From the IMG/VR virus record IMGVR_UViG_3300037307_000307: a DNA stretch of 40,375 nt; one strand, written 5' to 3'. The notes below the pieces were generated by a model that saw only the letters and a list, made by a program, of their open reading frames with translations, made no database searches and had not been told where the DNA came from. Every line of letters begins with the position of its first letter. Within the stretch, counting starts at the first letter, position 1. Positions 26,913 through 36,755 of this stretch are shown here, in pieces. A program made the translations under genes and the position numbers. The stretch is from a virus. Lineage: Duplodnaviria; Heunggongvirae; Uroviricota; Caudoviricetes.

Positions 26913-27245
26913 ATGAAAAATAAAGATATAGCTGAGATGTTTGCTAGTGGAAAACATCAGGGTAAGGTAGATAATTTATTCATAGATGGAAATGCGATTT
27001 ATTCTTATGGAGACCATTTTCCGATAGCCATCAGAATTTGGGTAGGCGATGAAATAAAATATCTTTGGAATTCAGATAAGTATTCAAGAACTACTTCTAG
27101 ACATCAATTTTTTGTTTTAAATGCGATTGGTGGAAAAGATAAAATTCTAAAAGAGTTAAACACTCAGCAGATGAAAAGAGTTATATCACTTGGATTTACA
27201 AATGTTAAAGAGCTTATGGCGGAGGCGTTAGATGGAGGTAATTAA
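26913..27245 (+). CDS. Conserved viral hypothetical protein
   Basis: IYSYGDHFPIA...YSRTTSRHQ motif that I recognise from phage proteins. Confidence 0.7.
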   Translation: MKNKDIAEMFASGKHQGKVDNLFIDGNAIYSYGDHFPIAIRIWVGDEIKYLWNSDKYSRTTSRHQFFVLNAIGGKDKILKELNTQQMKRVISLGFTNVKELMAEALDGGN

Positions 27246-27438
27246 AAATAAAAGAAATTCTCGTTGTGGAATTTGCCGTAAAGATATTAAATCAGATTAT
27301 AAGGTATCTCAAAAACACAGAAGTTATCATTTAAGATGTTATTTTAATTGGTTGGATAGAACTCTAAAAAGATTGAAAGATGATAAAAAGAAAATGAACA
27401 GATACAAAAAACATATGATATTGGAGGCGTTAGAATGA
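27232..27438 (+). CDS. Small Zn-finger protein
   Basis: CGIC...YHLRC. Confidence 0.6.
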   Translation: MEVIKNKRNSRCGICRKDIKSDYKVSQKHRSYHLRCYFNWLDRTLKRLKDDKKKMNRYKKHMILEALE

Positions 27439-27707
27439 ACGATAATGATAATTCAGAAATAAGAGCTTTCGATAGTGGTTATAAAGAGGGACAGAAAGAT
27501 ACAGAAGAAAAATTTAAAGAAGATTATTCTCAAAAAATTAATGATTACGATGTTAGAACAATTAAAGCGATGATTAAAACATTAAGAAATAGATTGTCAG
27601 ATTATAAAAATAAAATTCAAAGAATTGAAAACAAAATAGATATAATAAATTCTAAATTAGATGAATTAAAAATACAAGAATCAAACTCAGAGGAGGTAAC
27701 GGATTAG
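27435..27707 (+). CDS. Coiled-coil protein
   Basis: Heptad-patterned charged C-terminal half. Confidence 0.6.
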   Translation: MNDNDNSEIRAFDSGYKEGQKDTEEKFKEDYSQKINDYDVRTIKAMIKTLRNRLSDYKNKIQRIENKIDIINSKLDELKIQESNSEEVTD

Positions 27708-27733
27708 AGTTTCTTTAATCCTATTATTATGTT

Positions 27734-28066
27734 ATGGTTAAACCTACTGAGATTATTAAGGATGGATATTTTAATGCGTATGCCGACACTAATAGATTAT
27801 TTGCTAAATACAAGAATCAAGATTGTGTTGTTGCTTATAGGAAATGTCTTATGGGAGTTGTTATGGTAATTAAGGGAGCTAGAGATTTTATCGGATTGGT
27901 ATTCATTAACGATAATGTTACTAAATGGAGCAATACTGAACTTCATAGAAAGGATTTATCACAGATAATGAAGTTATTCAATATAGAAGATAAAAACGAG
28001 ATGGTAATTGTTAATCAAGATGAGTATGGATTATTTGAAAGGAAGGTTTTATACAATTCGATTTAA
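27734..28066 (+). CDS. Hypothetical protein
   Basis: 110-aa ORF behind the promoter motif. Confidence 0.7.
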   Translation: MVKPTEIIKDGYFNAYADTNRLFAKYKNQDCVVAYRKCLMGVVMVIKGARDFIGLVFINDNVTKWSNTELHRKDLSQIMKLFNIEDKNEMVIVNQDEYGLFERKVLYNSI

Positions 28067-28067
28067 G

Positions 28068-28877
28068 ATGGCAGAAAAAATGATGTTGTGTGGAAGTATT
28101 AAATCATTAAACGAGGTTGTTCTCGATAGGTATATTGCTGAGGAGAAATTCGATGGAGAAAGAATTATGGTTTTAAAGAAAGGTAAAGAGGTTACACTTC
28201 TTAATCGTAGAGGTAGATTTAAGGAAGATGTTTATATCGAACTTAAAGAGGAATTACAAACATTAGATTTTGATTTTATAATCGATGGAGAGGTTTGTTC
28301 TACTAATGGATTATTTAATGACCTTCAAAAAAGAGCTTTATTACAGGATGCTCAAAAAATTGCAGAGCGTCGCGATAGTATTCCTATTATATTTCATATT
28401 TTCGATATTGTAGAGCTCAACGGAAACAATTTAACATTAGAGCCTTTAATGAAAAGAAAAAATATTTTAGAAGATAAATTTCTAAATCTAAAAACTGCAG
28501 AGGTATGTTCATATTTTCAGGGAGCGGAAGAAATTAATGACCTCTGGAAATATGTTGTCGAGAATAAAAAAGAGGGGATTATACTCAAAATAAAAGATAG
28601 CATTTATCAATTTAAAAGAAGTAACTCTTGGCTCAAGATGAAAAACTTTAAAGAGATAGAAATTGAATTCAATAAATACGAACTTAATAACGCAGGGGTT
28701 AAGATAACCAATGGCTTTCACGAAGTCCAAGTGCAAGGGATACCTAGAGCTAATTGGATTATTGAAAAGATGAATAAAGGTGAAGGAGTTAAGGTTATTG
28801 TTCAATACTTAGAAAAATTAGAGCCTTCGGGCAAACTTAGATTTCCAAGTTGTAAAGAGGTGGTTGGATATGATTGA
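28068..28877 (+). CDS. Minimal ATP-dependent DNA ligase (start MAEK)
   Basis: Motifs I EEKFDG, III IIDGEV, IIIa FHIFDI, IV EGIILK and V WLKMK; short OB domain ending LRFP. Confidence 0.9.
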   Translation: MAEKMMLCGSIKSLNEVVLDRYIAEEKFDGERIMVLKKGKEVTLLNRRGRFKEDVYIELKEELQTLDFDFIIDGEVCSTNGLFNDLQKRALLQDAQKIAERRDSIPIIFHIFDIVELNGNNLTLEPLMKRKNILEDKFLNLKTAEVCSYFQGAEEINDLWKYVVENKKEGIILKIKDSIYQFKRSNSWLKMKNFKEIEIEFNKYELNNAGVKITNGFHEVQVQGIPRANWIIEKMNKGEGVKVIVQYLEKLEPSGKLRFPSCKEVVGYD

Positions 28878-29130
28878 CGATTCTCCAAGTGCTATTGTTG
28901 AAAGGATAAAAAAGAATATAGAAGAAAAAAGGAAGCGTGAAGATATTATTTGTCCTTATTGTCAGCACAAACAAGATAATGAAACTAAATATCATTATGT
29001 TACTTATTGGGGAGATGACCCTGAAAAAGAATGTCAATGCGAACATTGTTCTAAGATGTTTTTTGTTAAAGAGGAAGTCGAAAGACAATTTATGTGTAGG
29101 AGGGCTGAAGATGAGTCATCTACTTATTGA
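28864..29130 (+). CDS. Zn-ribbon protein
   Basis: CPYC...CEHC. Confidence 0.7.
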   Translation: MDMIDDSPSAIVERIKKNIEEKRKREDIICPYCQHKQDNETKYHYVTYWGDDPEKECQCEHCSKMFFVKEEVERQFMCRRAEDESSTY

Positions 29131-29344
29131 GGAACATAAATCTGTTTCTGGAAAAACAATCGTGGCTAAGATTATCTCTGCTACAGATTCGGTTGTATTG
29201 GGTTATGTTCAATGGAGTGGTCGTTGGAGACAATATGTTTATTGTCCTCGCACAGAGGTAGAAGTCCAATGGTCTTGGGAGTGTCTCGATGAACTTAAAA
29301 ATTATATTATAGAACTAAATAACAAACAGAGGAAAAAGAAATGA
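29111..29344 (+). CDS. Hypothetical protein (start MSHLL)
   Basis: LGYVQWSGRWRQYVYCP...WSWECL; overlap-coupled. Confidence 0.7.
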   Translation: MSHLLIEEHKSVSGKTIVAKIISATDSVVLGYVQWSGRWRQYVYCPRTEVEVQWSWECLDELKNYIIELNNKQRKKK

Positions 29345-29661
29345 CTGGCGAACGGCGAATGGCGAAATTCTCAAAGAAGCTTTTAGGTAAGCATATCAGA
29401 ACTCAGATGGTATTACATAGATTATCAATTAAGTTTTATGAGAATGGAATTGTGATGAAACCTTGGGGAAATCAGGGAATACATAATTGTCCTCAACAAG
29501 AGCATATTTTTATATCAAAAGAAAATACAGATTTTCTAAAATCATTTTTAGATTTATTCGATAAATCTGAAAAGATTGTTAAATCTTTAGATGACCAAAA
29601 AGAACAAAAAGATTTGCCTCATATTACATTAGAGCCAGTGGAGTCAAAATGCACAAGATAA
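29341..29661 (+). CDS. Hypothetical protein
   Basis: Overlap-coupled ORF; a triple heptad lies over its start (second ATG at 29359). Confidence 0.65.
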   Translation: MTGERRMAKFSKKLLGKHIRTQMVLHRLSIKFYENGIVMKPWGNQGIHNCPQQEHIFISKENTDFLKSFLDLFDKSEKIVKSLDDQKEQKDLPHITLEPVESKCTR

Positions 29662-30242
29662 TTTATTTAATTGTTAAAGGAAAAGATGAATCAGAGGCTT
29701 GGAAGAATCTTGAAGAGCTTCGTTATCAAATATGTGATGAAAAGAAATGGTATGATTACGGAAGCTTTTTCACTGAGGAAGATTCTTCTGCTGTTTCTGG
29801 AAAGGGACGTTGGGGAAATTTAGTTCCGATTGCAAAATTGAATTCTAAAGATGGTAATCTGCATTTAAAGAATGCTTTTAAGACAATAGAGAATCAGTTT
29901 ATTAGAAGTTTAGAAGAAATAAAAAAATGTATTGAAGAATATACTCCAAAAGAAATCTACGATGGTGAGGTTACAGAGGTTAAAAGTAAAATCATAGAGT
30001 CATTAAGAAATAGAAAAATAAAAAACGAGATGAATCGTGATGATAATTTCACTCTAACTTTATTCAGATATCACGCAAGACAATTGCACGATAGTGAAAG
30101 TTATGGTTGGATTTATATTTTAGAAAAAGAGAATACAGAGGCTTGGGTGGAAGGATTTGAAAACGAAAAAGAGTTTAATGTAAGATTTAGTCATAGAGAT
30201 AAAAATGAGTATTGGATTGCACCTATGGATGTGCATTTTTAA
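29649..30242 (+). CDS. Conserved viral hypothetical protein
   Basis: 197 aa; WYDYG...GRW...W..PMDVHF pattern. Confidence 0.7.
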   Translation: MHKIIYLIVKGKDESEAWKNLEELRYQICDEKKWYDYGSFFTEEDSSAVSGKGRWGNLVPIAKLNSKDGNLHLKNAFKTIENQFIRSLEEIKKCIEEYTPKEIYDGEVTEVKSKIIESLRNRKIKNEMNRDDNFTLTLFRYHARQLHDSESYGWIYILEKENTEAWVEGFENEKEFNVRFSHRDKNEYWIAPMDVHF

Positions 30243-30330
30243 TTCTACGAATCCGGATTAGAGTTTATTAAATTCTGTTGGTATATTATGGTAAAACAAA
30301 ATATAAAAATGAAAGGAGGTAGCAATTAAG

Positions 30331-31449
30331 ATGAAACAAGTAACACACGATGAATTGAGAGTCAATTTACTACATCACTATAATAAAAAGATAGCACTTT
30401 TTGTTTATGGTAGATTTGGAATTGGTAAATCAGATACCGTTCAGTTTGTAGCAAATCAGATTGCAGAACAGAAAGGTAGAAAATTTGTTAATTGGAATAA
30501 ACTATCGGAGGAAGAAAAGAAACAAGTGTTCGATAATCCTAAAGATTATTTTACACTCATCGATATTCGTTTATCAGAATATGATAGTTCTGATATTAAG
30601 GGATTGCCTATTTTCAAAACAGATAATAAGGCAATAGAGTTCAAAGTTCCATTTTGGGCTTTGCTAACTACAAAAGCGGATAGCGATGGTATTCTATTTT
30701 TTGATGAGATTAATCTTGCCCCACCATTAGTTATGTCGAGCTGTTATAAGATAATTTATGATAGAGTTATCAACGATATGCCGATAAATAGTTCTTGGGG
30801 AGTTTTTGGAGCAGGTAATCTTGATGAAGATAGGGCTTATACAAATTCGATGGCACCCCCATTAAAAGACAGAGCTTCGGAGGTTGAATTAGTCGGAGCC
30901 TCAAGTGATAAGTGGAGTGCTTGGGCTATGGAACATAATATAGAACCTAGAATAATTGGTTTTATTAGTTTCAAGAATCAGGCACTTTATAAAGTAGATT
31001 TCAACGATAAACAGAAATTTACTACACACAGAGGATGGGAAAGAGTATCTACTCTTATCAAAGGTATTGAAGATGATTATTCAACTATGGAGCTTTTAAG
31101 TTCATCAGCGATTGGAGAGGGAATTGCAAAAGAGTTTGTTGCATTTTGCAAAATATCACAGGAAATAGATTTGCCTGGAATATTAAATAATCCTGAAAGA
31201 ATTAAGACAATAAACGAGTTGTCTGTGAAATGGTTTATCAATACTGCGATTGCAGAGCAATACGCAAACAATAAGATTAAGTTTGATAAAGTGATGGGAG
31301 TAAGTAAGGCATTAGATGAAATAGATAATGTCGAACTTGTTGCATATCTTTGGAAGATGTGTAATGGGTTAAGCAAGAGCTTCAAGAAGGAATTCTTGAA
31401 ATCGGTTGATGATAACTTAGTTAAGAAATATCAAAAATACTTAATATAA
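30331..31449 (+). CDS. MoxR-like AAA+ ATPase
   Basis: Walker A GRFGIGKS, DIRLSE...DIKGLP, Walker B ILFFDEINLA, AGN sensor and R finger (PLKDR). Confidence 0.85.
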   Translation: MKQVTHDELRVNLLHHYNKKIALFVYGRFGIGKSDTVQFVANQIAEQKGRKFVNWNKLSEEEKKQVFDNPKDYFTLIDIRLSEYDSSDIKGLPIFKTDNKAIEFKVPFWALLTTKADSDGILFFDEINLAPPLVMSSCYKIIYDRVINDMPINSSWGVFGAGNLDEDRAYTNSMAPPLKDRASEVELVGASSDKWSAWAMEHNIEPRIIGFISFKNQALYKVDFNDKQKFTTHRGWERVSTLIKGIEDDYSTMELLSSSAIGEGIAKEFVAFCKISQEIDLPGILNNPERIKTINELSVKWFINTAIAEQYANNKIKFDKVMGVSKALDEIDNVELVAYLWKMCNGLSKSFKKEFLKSVDDNLVKKYQKYLI

Positions 31450-31512
31450 AAAGATATTAAACAGATTTTTGATTACTATGTTATTTCTCCGATAGCTTAA
31501 TTGCTATATTTC

Positions 31513-31564
31513 GGCAGGGGAGGTTTTTCCTCACGGAAAGTTCCATAAATTTTCCTCTCCTGCC
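31513..31564 (+). other. GC-rich intergenic branched stem-loop
   Basis: ggcaggggagg...cctctcctgcc 11-bp stem (one G.U) enclosing tttcc-tcac-ggaaa. Confidence 0.5.
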
Positions 31565-31669
31565 TTCATATTCAGAAATGTTATTTTCTAAAAGAGGTGG
31601 CGACTGGCGAACGGCGACGCCAGATAAGAGTTTATTAAAATTCGTTGGTATATTATAGGTATAAATAAA

Positions 31670-33010
31670 ATGGAATTAACAACATTAGATAGATTGAGAA
31701 GAGCAAGAATACAGATTCAGAAAAGTAATCCTTTCTTTGCATATTTAGTTTTGCAATTAAAATTCAAAGAGGCTAGAGAGGGCGAGTTACCGGATTATGC
31801 AGGTATGGGAGTTGCTATAGATGGCACTCTTGTTTATAAAAAAGAGTTTGTTGATAAGATAACTGAACCGGAACTTATCGGAGTTCTCGTCCACGAGATA
31901 TTACACTTGTCCTTATTACATTTAACAAGAAGACAAAAAAGGGAACCTACTATATGGAATGTTGCTGCAGATATATGCGTTAATCAGATTGTAAAAACAA
32001 ATGGATATAGTCTTCCTCGAGGTGCTATTGTTTCAGATTATAATAATAATTGTGAATTTATGGGAGTTAAGATTAACAAGTGCGATAAGAAAACTGCTGA
32101 GCAAGTTTATGAGGAATTAGAACACTTAAAGAGTAAAATGAAAAAAAGATTTGTTCTTGGATATCCATCTATGAACGATAAAGAGGGTGGCGGAAATGAA
32201 GATGGCACTCCATTCGATATTCATATCGAGGGCAAAGATGAGGGAAACAAAAATCAAAACGGAAAAGACGAAAAAGATAATAATAATCAAAATAAAGGAA
32301 ATGGTTTCAATTCAAATTTAACAGAAGAAGAAAAAAGGGAGTGGGAAGAGTTTTGGAAAAGCAAAGCTAACGAGGCTTTGGTTACTGCGAAACTAAAAGG
32401 AAATGTTCCTGCTGGAATTGAAAGATTGGTTGGGCAATTATCAGAGGCAAAAATTGGGTGGAGGGAAATACTCCAAAGATATGTTCAAAGAGCTATTCCT
32501 TATGATTATACTTATTCTAATCCTAGTAAGAAATCGGTGGCTACGGGCTATTATATGCCTAATACAATAAAAGATTATATTGATGTGGTGGTTGCTGTTG
32601 ACACTTCTGGGAGTATTGGTCAGGAGGAACTTAAGGAGTTCTTATCGGAAATTGTGGGTATTGCGAAAGCATTTAGCACTAGAGTTAAAATGAGATTGCT
32701 CACTCACGATGTTAAGGTCTGGGATGATTTACTTATTCAAAATGGAAATATAGCTAAGATTAATGAATTGAAAGTTAAAGGAGGAGGTGGAACATCTCAT
32801 AAAGAAGTTTTAGATTATGTTAATGAAAAATACAAAACTACAAGATTGTTAATCTGTTTTACTGATGGTGATTCTGATTTAGATGAAATAGATGATGGTA
32901 AATATAGATTTGATAAGGTTTTTGTCATATCAGAAAACGGACACGATAATCAACTCAGAGATTTTAAAGCTCATATAATTAAATTAAGGGATTTCAAATA
33001 TGACAACTAA
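31670..33010 (+). CDS. HExxH metallopeptidase-like plus vWA domain protein (DUF2201-like), MoxR partner
   Basis: VHEILH, WNVAADI, acidic low-complexity linker, VDTSGS MIDAS, GGGGT and FTDG. Confidence 0.9.
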   Translation: MELTTLDRLRRARIQIQKSNPFFAYLVLQLKFKEAREGELPDYAGMGVAIDGTLVYKKEFVDKITEPELIGVLVHEILHLSLLHLTRRQKREPTIWNVAADICVNQIVKTNGYSLPRGAIVSDYNNNCEFMGVKINKCDKKTAEQVYEELEHLKSKMKKRFVLGYPSMNDKEGGGNEDGTPFDIHIEGKDEGNKNQNGKDEKDNNNQNKGNGFNSNLTEEEKREWEEFWKSKANEALVTAKLKGNVPAGIERLVGQLSEAKIGWREILQRYVQRAIPYDYTYSNPSKKSVATGYYMPNTIKDYIDVVVAVDTSGSIGQEELKEFLSEIVGIAKAFSTRVKMRLLTHDVKVWDDLLIQNGNIAKINELKVKGGGGTSHKEVLDYVNEKYKTTRLLICFTDGDSDLDEIDDGKYRFDKVFVISENGHDNQLRDFKAHIIKLRDFKYDN

Positions 33011-33167
33011 GCAAGGAAATTTAAAAAAACTACAACAGGAAAATCAGGCATTCAGAGATGAATTAAACAAATTAATTCCTAATAAAAATAGAAAAGAGGC
33101 TTGGGAGCTTATTAATTGGATAGTTGAAAATGAATTACAACAGGAGGAACTTTGTAATGAAAGGTAG
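33000..33167 (+). CDS. 55-aa helical protein (not in ORF track)
   Basis: MTTKQGNLKKLQQEN...LCNER bridges the gap between two genes. Confidence 0.6.
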   Translation: MTTKQGNLKKLQQENQAFRDELNKLIPNKNRKEAWELINWIVENELQQEELCNER

Positions 33168-33615
33168 ATGGGTTTTAATGGGAGTTGTTGGTGTAGATAG
33201 TGGTCAATTATTATTAACAGACCCTTGCTATATAGATAGCGAATGGGAAAAAGAAGATTTTGTAGATTATAGAGCTTACAAACATAAAGACGGAACTCTT
33301 TTGGTTTATCTAAAAGATTTTATTAGTTATGAAGATAAAATTTCTAAATATGGTAAAACTATAAATCAGATGATTGAAAACAAAGATGTTGAAGAGATGC
33401 CTGTCGATAAAAATCATAGATATAATTTTAGTTATAATGCGTGTTCTCAAAAAGATGGAGAATTTAAACAACTTAATTACAAGATGGGACATGCAGGAGT
33501 CGGAGTTGTATTTTCAAGTGGATTGGGAGATGGTTTATACGAGGTGTGGGGCAAGATTGTAAATTCTAAAACATTTGGAGAAAGAATATCAGAGGTCAAA
33601 ATTAAGTTAATTTAA
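33157..33615 (+). CDS. DUF4241-like protein (start MKGRW)
   Basis: GVDSGQLLLTDPCY...FSSGLGDGLYEV. Confidence 0.65.
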   Translation: MKGRWVLMGVVGVDSGQLLLTDPCYIDSEWEKEDFVDYRAYKHKDGTLLVYLKDFISYEDKISKYGKTINQMIENKDVEEMPVDKNHRYNFSYNACSQKDGEFKQLNYKMGHAGVGVVFSSGLGDGLYEVWGKIVNSKTFGERISEVKIKLI

Positions 33616-33616
33616 G

Positions 33617-34480
33617 ATGAATACAAATGAAATTATAGATGCTTATAAAAAGAATATTTCTAAAATAGAGCATATAAATCAATTACTCAATAGAAATAAA
33701 AGTTTGTTCGATAAGATGCAAAGTCAAACAATAACAGATATTTCTAAACTATACTCGGTTGTTTTTAAGAATATAAATCCAGATAAAAAATATGTATGTG
33801 ATGTCGATAATGCAAAATTAGATGAATACTCTTATAACGATGACGATGATGAAAACGATAATATAGAGAAAAGAAAATTATTCTTAAACACAGAGGGTTT
33901 TTCTTTTTCAGGAGTTTTTAATCCTACAAGAAATGAAGATGTTGATACTTCTAAAACTATTTATATAACTTCATTTAGTCAAAAAGGTTTTTTAAAAATG
34001 CTTTTAAGGTTGTATTACAATAAAGATAAAATTATTTCATCTATAAATCGTGACTATAAAAAATCAATAGCTATAAGGTTTTTTGAAGCTTTAGAAAAAG
34101 CAGAGTGTCATAAAATATTAGATTATAATTTAGATTACGATTACTTTAAAATTATTCTTCCTAAAACTATCACTTTAGAATATTATAATAATTTGAAGAT
34201 GGAACCTTTAGAGATGAATTTTATTTTAACAAAAAATGCGAATACTTCGGTGACAATAAACAAGAGAAGAGGTTGGTCTAATGAGAATAATATTCAGTTA
34301 AATGATTTGGAAAGAGTGTCGCAAATATACGATGAGCTTGTAGATTTCTTAAACAAATATTATCAGCACTTAGATGTTCAGGATAAGAGTTTATCAAATT
34401 TCTACAATATATTAAAGGACTCTTTTGCTAAAGAGCTTGTTTTAAATTCATTAAAGGACGAGGAAACAAAAAATGAATAA
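33617..34480 (+). CDS. Hypothetical N/K/D-rich protein
   Basis: 287-aa ORF, tightly packed. Confidence 0.75.
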   Translation: MNTNEIIDAYKKNISKIEHINQLLNRNKSLFDKMQSQTITDISKLYSVVFKNINPDKKYVCDVDNAKLDEYSYNDDDDENDNIEKRKLFLNTEGFSFSGVFNPTRNEDVDTSKTIYITSFSQKGFLKMLLRLYYNKDKIISSINRDYKKSIAIRFFEALEKAECHKILDYNLDYDYFKIILPKTITLEYYNNLKMEPLEMNFILTKNANTSVTINKRRGWSNENNIQLNDLERVSQIYDELVDFLNKYYQHLDVQDKSLSNFYNILKDSFAKELVLNSLKDEETKNE

Positions 34481-35318
34481 CGATTTTATTAGGGTTGTAA
34501 CAGAAGAAGATTTTAACAAAAAGGTTAAACAGGAAGATGATTTTTTCGACATATCAAATAAGATAAAAAGAATTTTAAGTGTTGGAATTAACAACCTAAA
34601 AGATTCCGGATTGAATACTGAAAGAACAGATGTCGATGATGAGGAACTAGATAGCTTCTTAAAAGATTTATGTTCTCAGGGAGAACGAATTGGAGAAAAA
34701 TTTGTAAAAGGACTTGGTCAGATGTATAAAGGAGTTTTAATTAAAGATGAAATATCTATTAGAGAGGATGGTAGAGTATATCGTTACAGATGTCGACGCT
34801 CAGGAATAAACAGAGAAGAACTTTGTAAAATGTTATTACAAAATAAAGATGAGGTTGTTTTAAATGTAGGGCAGGAACGAGCAGATATAATATTCTTAAT
34901 TGTAAATTCTATAATCAAAGATGTTAATGGTAGAAGGGATTATACTTTAGATATAGATACAAGTATTGCTTCTGGCGAAAAAGATATTAAAAGTTTTAAT
35001 GTATTCGATTTCGAGTTCAGAGGTTATAGTAACGATGAAATAATGCCTAAAGGAGAGGTTATGTGTATAAAAAAGATGTCATTTAATCGTGGCAGAATTG
35101 TTTTTGAAGATGAAAGAGGTCACTCTATCGGCAATAATATAATTCACAAGATGTGTATAGCTAAACATAAGAATGTTATTAAAGAGATTAGAGATAATGT
35201 TATTAGTCAATTACAATCTAAAAAGAATGAACTAAACGATACAGAAAAACTTTTAAATGATTTAATGGGTAAATACTTAATAGCCGCAGAATTAGGAACC
35301 GGAGGAAGTGACTGGTAA
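34473..35318 (+). CDS. Hypothetical protein
   Basis: 281-aa ORF; GAGGA upstream. Confidence 0.75.
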   Translation: MNNDFIRVVTEEDFNKKVKQEDDFFDISNKIKRILSVGINNLKDSGLNTERTDVDDEELDSFLKDLCSQGERIGEKFVKGLGQMYKGVLIKDEISIREDGRVYRYRCRRSGINREELCKMLLQNKDEVVLNVGQERADIIFLIVNSIIKDVNGRRDYTLDIDTSIASGEKDIKSFNVFDFEFRGYSNDEIMPKGEVMCIKKMSFNRGRIVFEDERGHSIGNNIIHKMCIAKHKNVIKEIRDNVISQLQSKKNELNDTEKLLNDLMGKYLIAAELGTGGSDW

Positions 35319-35556
35319 TATGAAAAAGGAAATTGAAATGTGCGATTGGTGTGAGGATGAGGAAGCTGTTTCTATAATTACAAAAGGAGAAAATAAAGGA
35401 GATGTTTTATGCGAGAGTTGTGAAGATGATTTCATAGACACTTTAAGAGATGAATATTTAAATGATTATGATTCGGATGCTGGCGAATGGCGAACGGCGA
35501 AAAAGGGTTCGGATAGGTCAGCAAAACGCAAAGATAAAGATGATACATACTTATAA
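35308..35556 (+). CDS. Small Zn-finger protein
   Basis: CDWC...CESC plus an acidic tail. Confidence 0.55.
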   Translation: MTGNMKKEIEMCDWCEDEEAVSIITKGENKGDVLCESCEDDFIDTLRDEYLNDYDSDAGEWRTAKKGSDRSAKRKDKDDTYL

Positions 35557-35845
35557 AGATAATGCAGGAACCGTGGAGCTCACGAAAGCAGATTTAGAAT
35601 TATTTTCTTTAACTAAAATCAGAGTTGATACTAAATGTAATATGTGTCAAAAAGAGATAAAGAGAGGATGTTATTGTTTGGGTAAAAATATTTATTCTAA
35701 ATATTGTCTCGATTGTGCTCCAAAGTTAATTAATAATGCTGTTAAAAGTATGAATGAATATATTAAAACTTTCACAAATCTAAAAAATATTCTAGATAAA
35801 AACAAACAGGAGTATGTAAGAAATAATCTTGCTAATAGTCTATAA
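35540..35845 (+). CDS. Zn-finger protein (start MIHTY)
   Basis: CNMC...CYC...CLDC. Confidence 0.65.
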   Translation: MIHTYKDNAGTVELTKADLELFSLTKIRVDTKCNMCQKEIKRGCYCLGKNIYSKYCLDCAPKLINNAVKSMNEYIKTFTNLKNILDKNKQEYVRNNLANSL

Positions 35846-36486
35846 TGCCTAATTGGAGTTTTAATTATCTTATAGTTGAAGGCGATAAAGATGAGGTCTC
35901 TAATTTTCAAAAGTTTGTTTATCCTAAATATAAAAATGAGGGAAGGGGCGAGGAACAAGAAGTGATAGATTTTAATGCAATTCTTCCTTATCCTGATGAA
36001 CAACAAAGAAAGGATTTGTTATTGCATCACGCTCGTAATTTAAAACATTGTCAAACGCAAAAAGAGAAAGAGGTTTATTATGTTAATGAAAATATAACCG
36101 AGGATATGAAAAAAGAAATGCTATTACTTAATCTTGAAGATGAAGATGCTACAAGTTTTATGGGATGGCACGCTGTTAATTGGGGAACTAAATGGAATGC
36201 TTGTTATTCTAAAGTCGATAATGTAGATGAAAACACATTATTATATCGCTTCGATACTGCGTGGTCTCCTCCGATTAGGGTGTTTGCTAAAATGGTAGAT
36301 ATGTTTCCTAATTTAACTTTCACAATTTTATTTGGTGAGGAAGGAATGTTTTTCAGTGGCCGAGTTCGTGTAAAAGGAAAAAAGGTATATGAAAATATAC
36401 AGGGACCTTATAAACGCAATTGGGCTTATCCTGTTAAGTTTATGAAGAAATATAAACTAACTAAACTTATGAATTATATTAAATAA
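35845..36486 (+). CDS. DUF1281/YubB ferredoxin-like domain protein
   Basis: MPNWSFN, IDFNAILPYP, WHAVNWGTKWN and FDTAWSPP. Confidence 0.8.
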   Translation: MPNWSFNYLIVEGDKDEVSNFQKFVYPKYKNEGRGEEQEVIDFNAILPYPDEQQRKDLLLHHARNLKHCQTQKEKEVYYVNENITEDMKKEMLLLNLEDEDATSFMGWHAVNWGTKWNACYSKVDNVDENTLLYRFDTAWSPPIRVFAKMVDMFPNLTFTILFGEEGMFFSGRVRVKGKKVYENIQGPYKRNWAYPVKFMKKYKLTKLMNYIK

Positions 36487-36487
36487 A

Positions 36488-36754
36488 ATGGGAACATTCA
36501 AAACTATAGATGATATTCATCGAGAAAAAATTGAAAGAGAACATCAAGCTATGAAAGATAGAGCTATTAAAGACACAACTGAAATACCAAAGGTAAAAGA
36601 AAATTTACAAAAACAAAACAAAAAAAAGAGAAGTCCTATTACTAAATTTTTTATATCTATATTATTATTTATTCTATTCTTATTTTGTATTAACTTGGTA
36701 TTGCTTAATGTATGGGTATTAAGGTGGGTAATTAAATCGCTATTTGGTTTGTAA
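36488..36754 (+). CDS. Small membrane protein
   Basis: Charged N-terminus and a long hydrophobic C-terminal helix. Confidence 0.7.
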   Translation: MGTFKTIDDIHREKIEREHQAMKDRAIKDTTEIPKVKENLQKQNKKKRSPITKFFISILLFILFLFCINLVLLNVWVLRWVIKSLFGL

Positions 36755-36755
36755 T

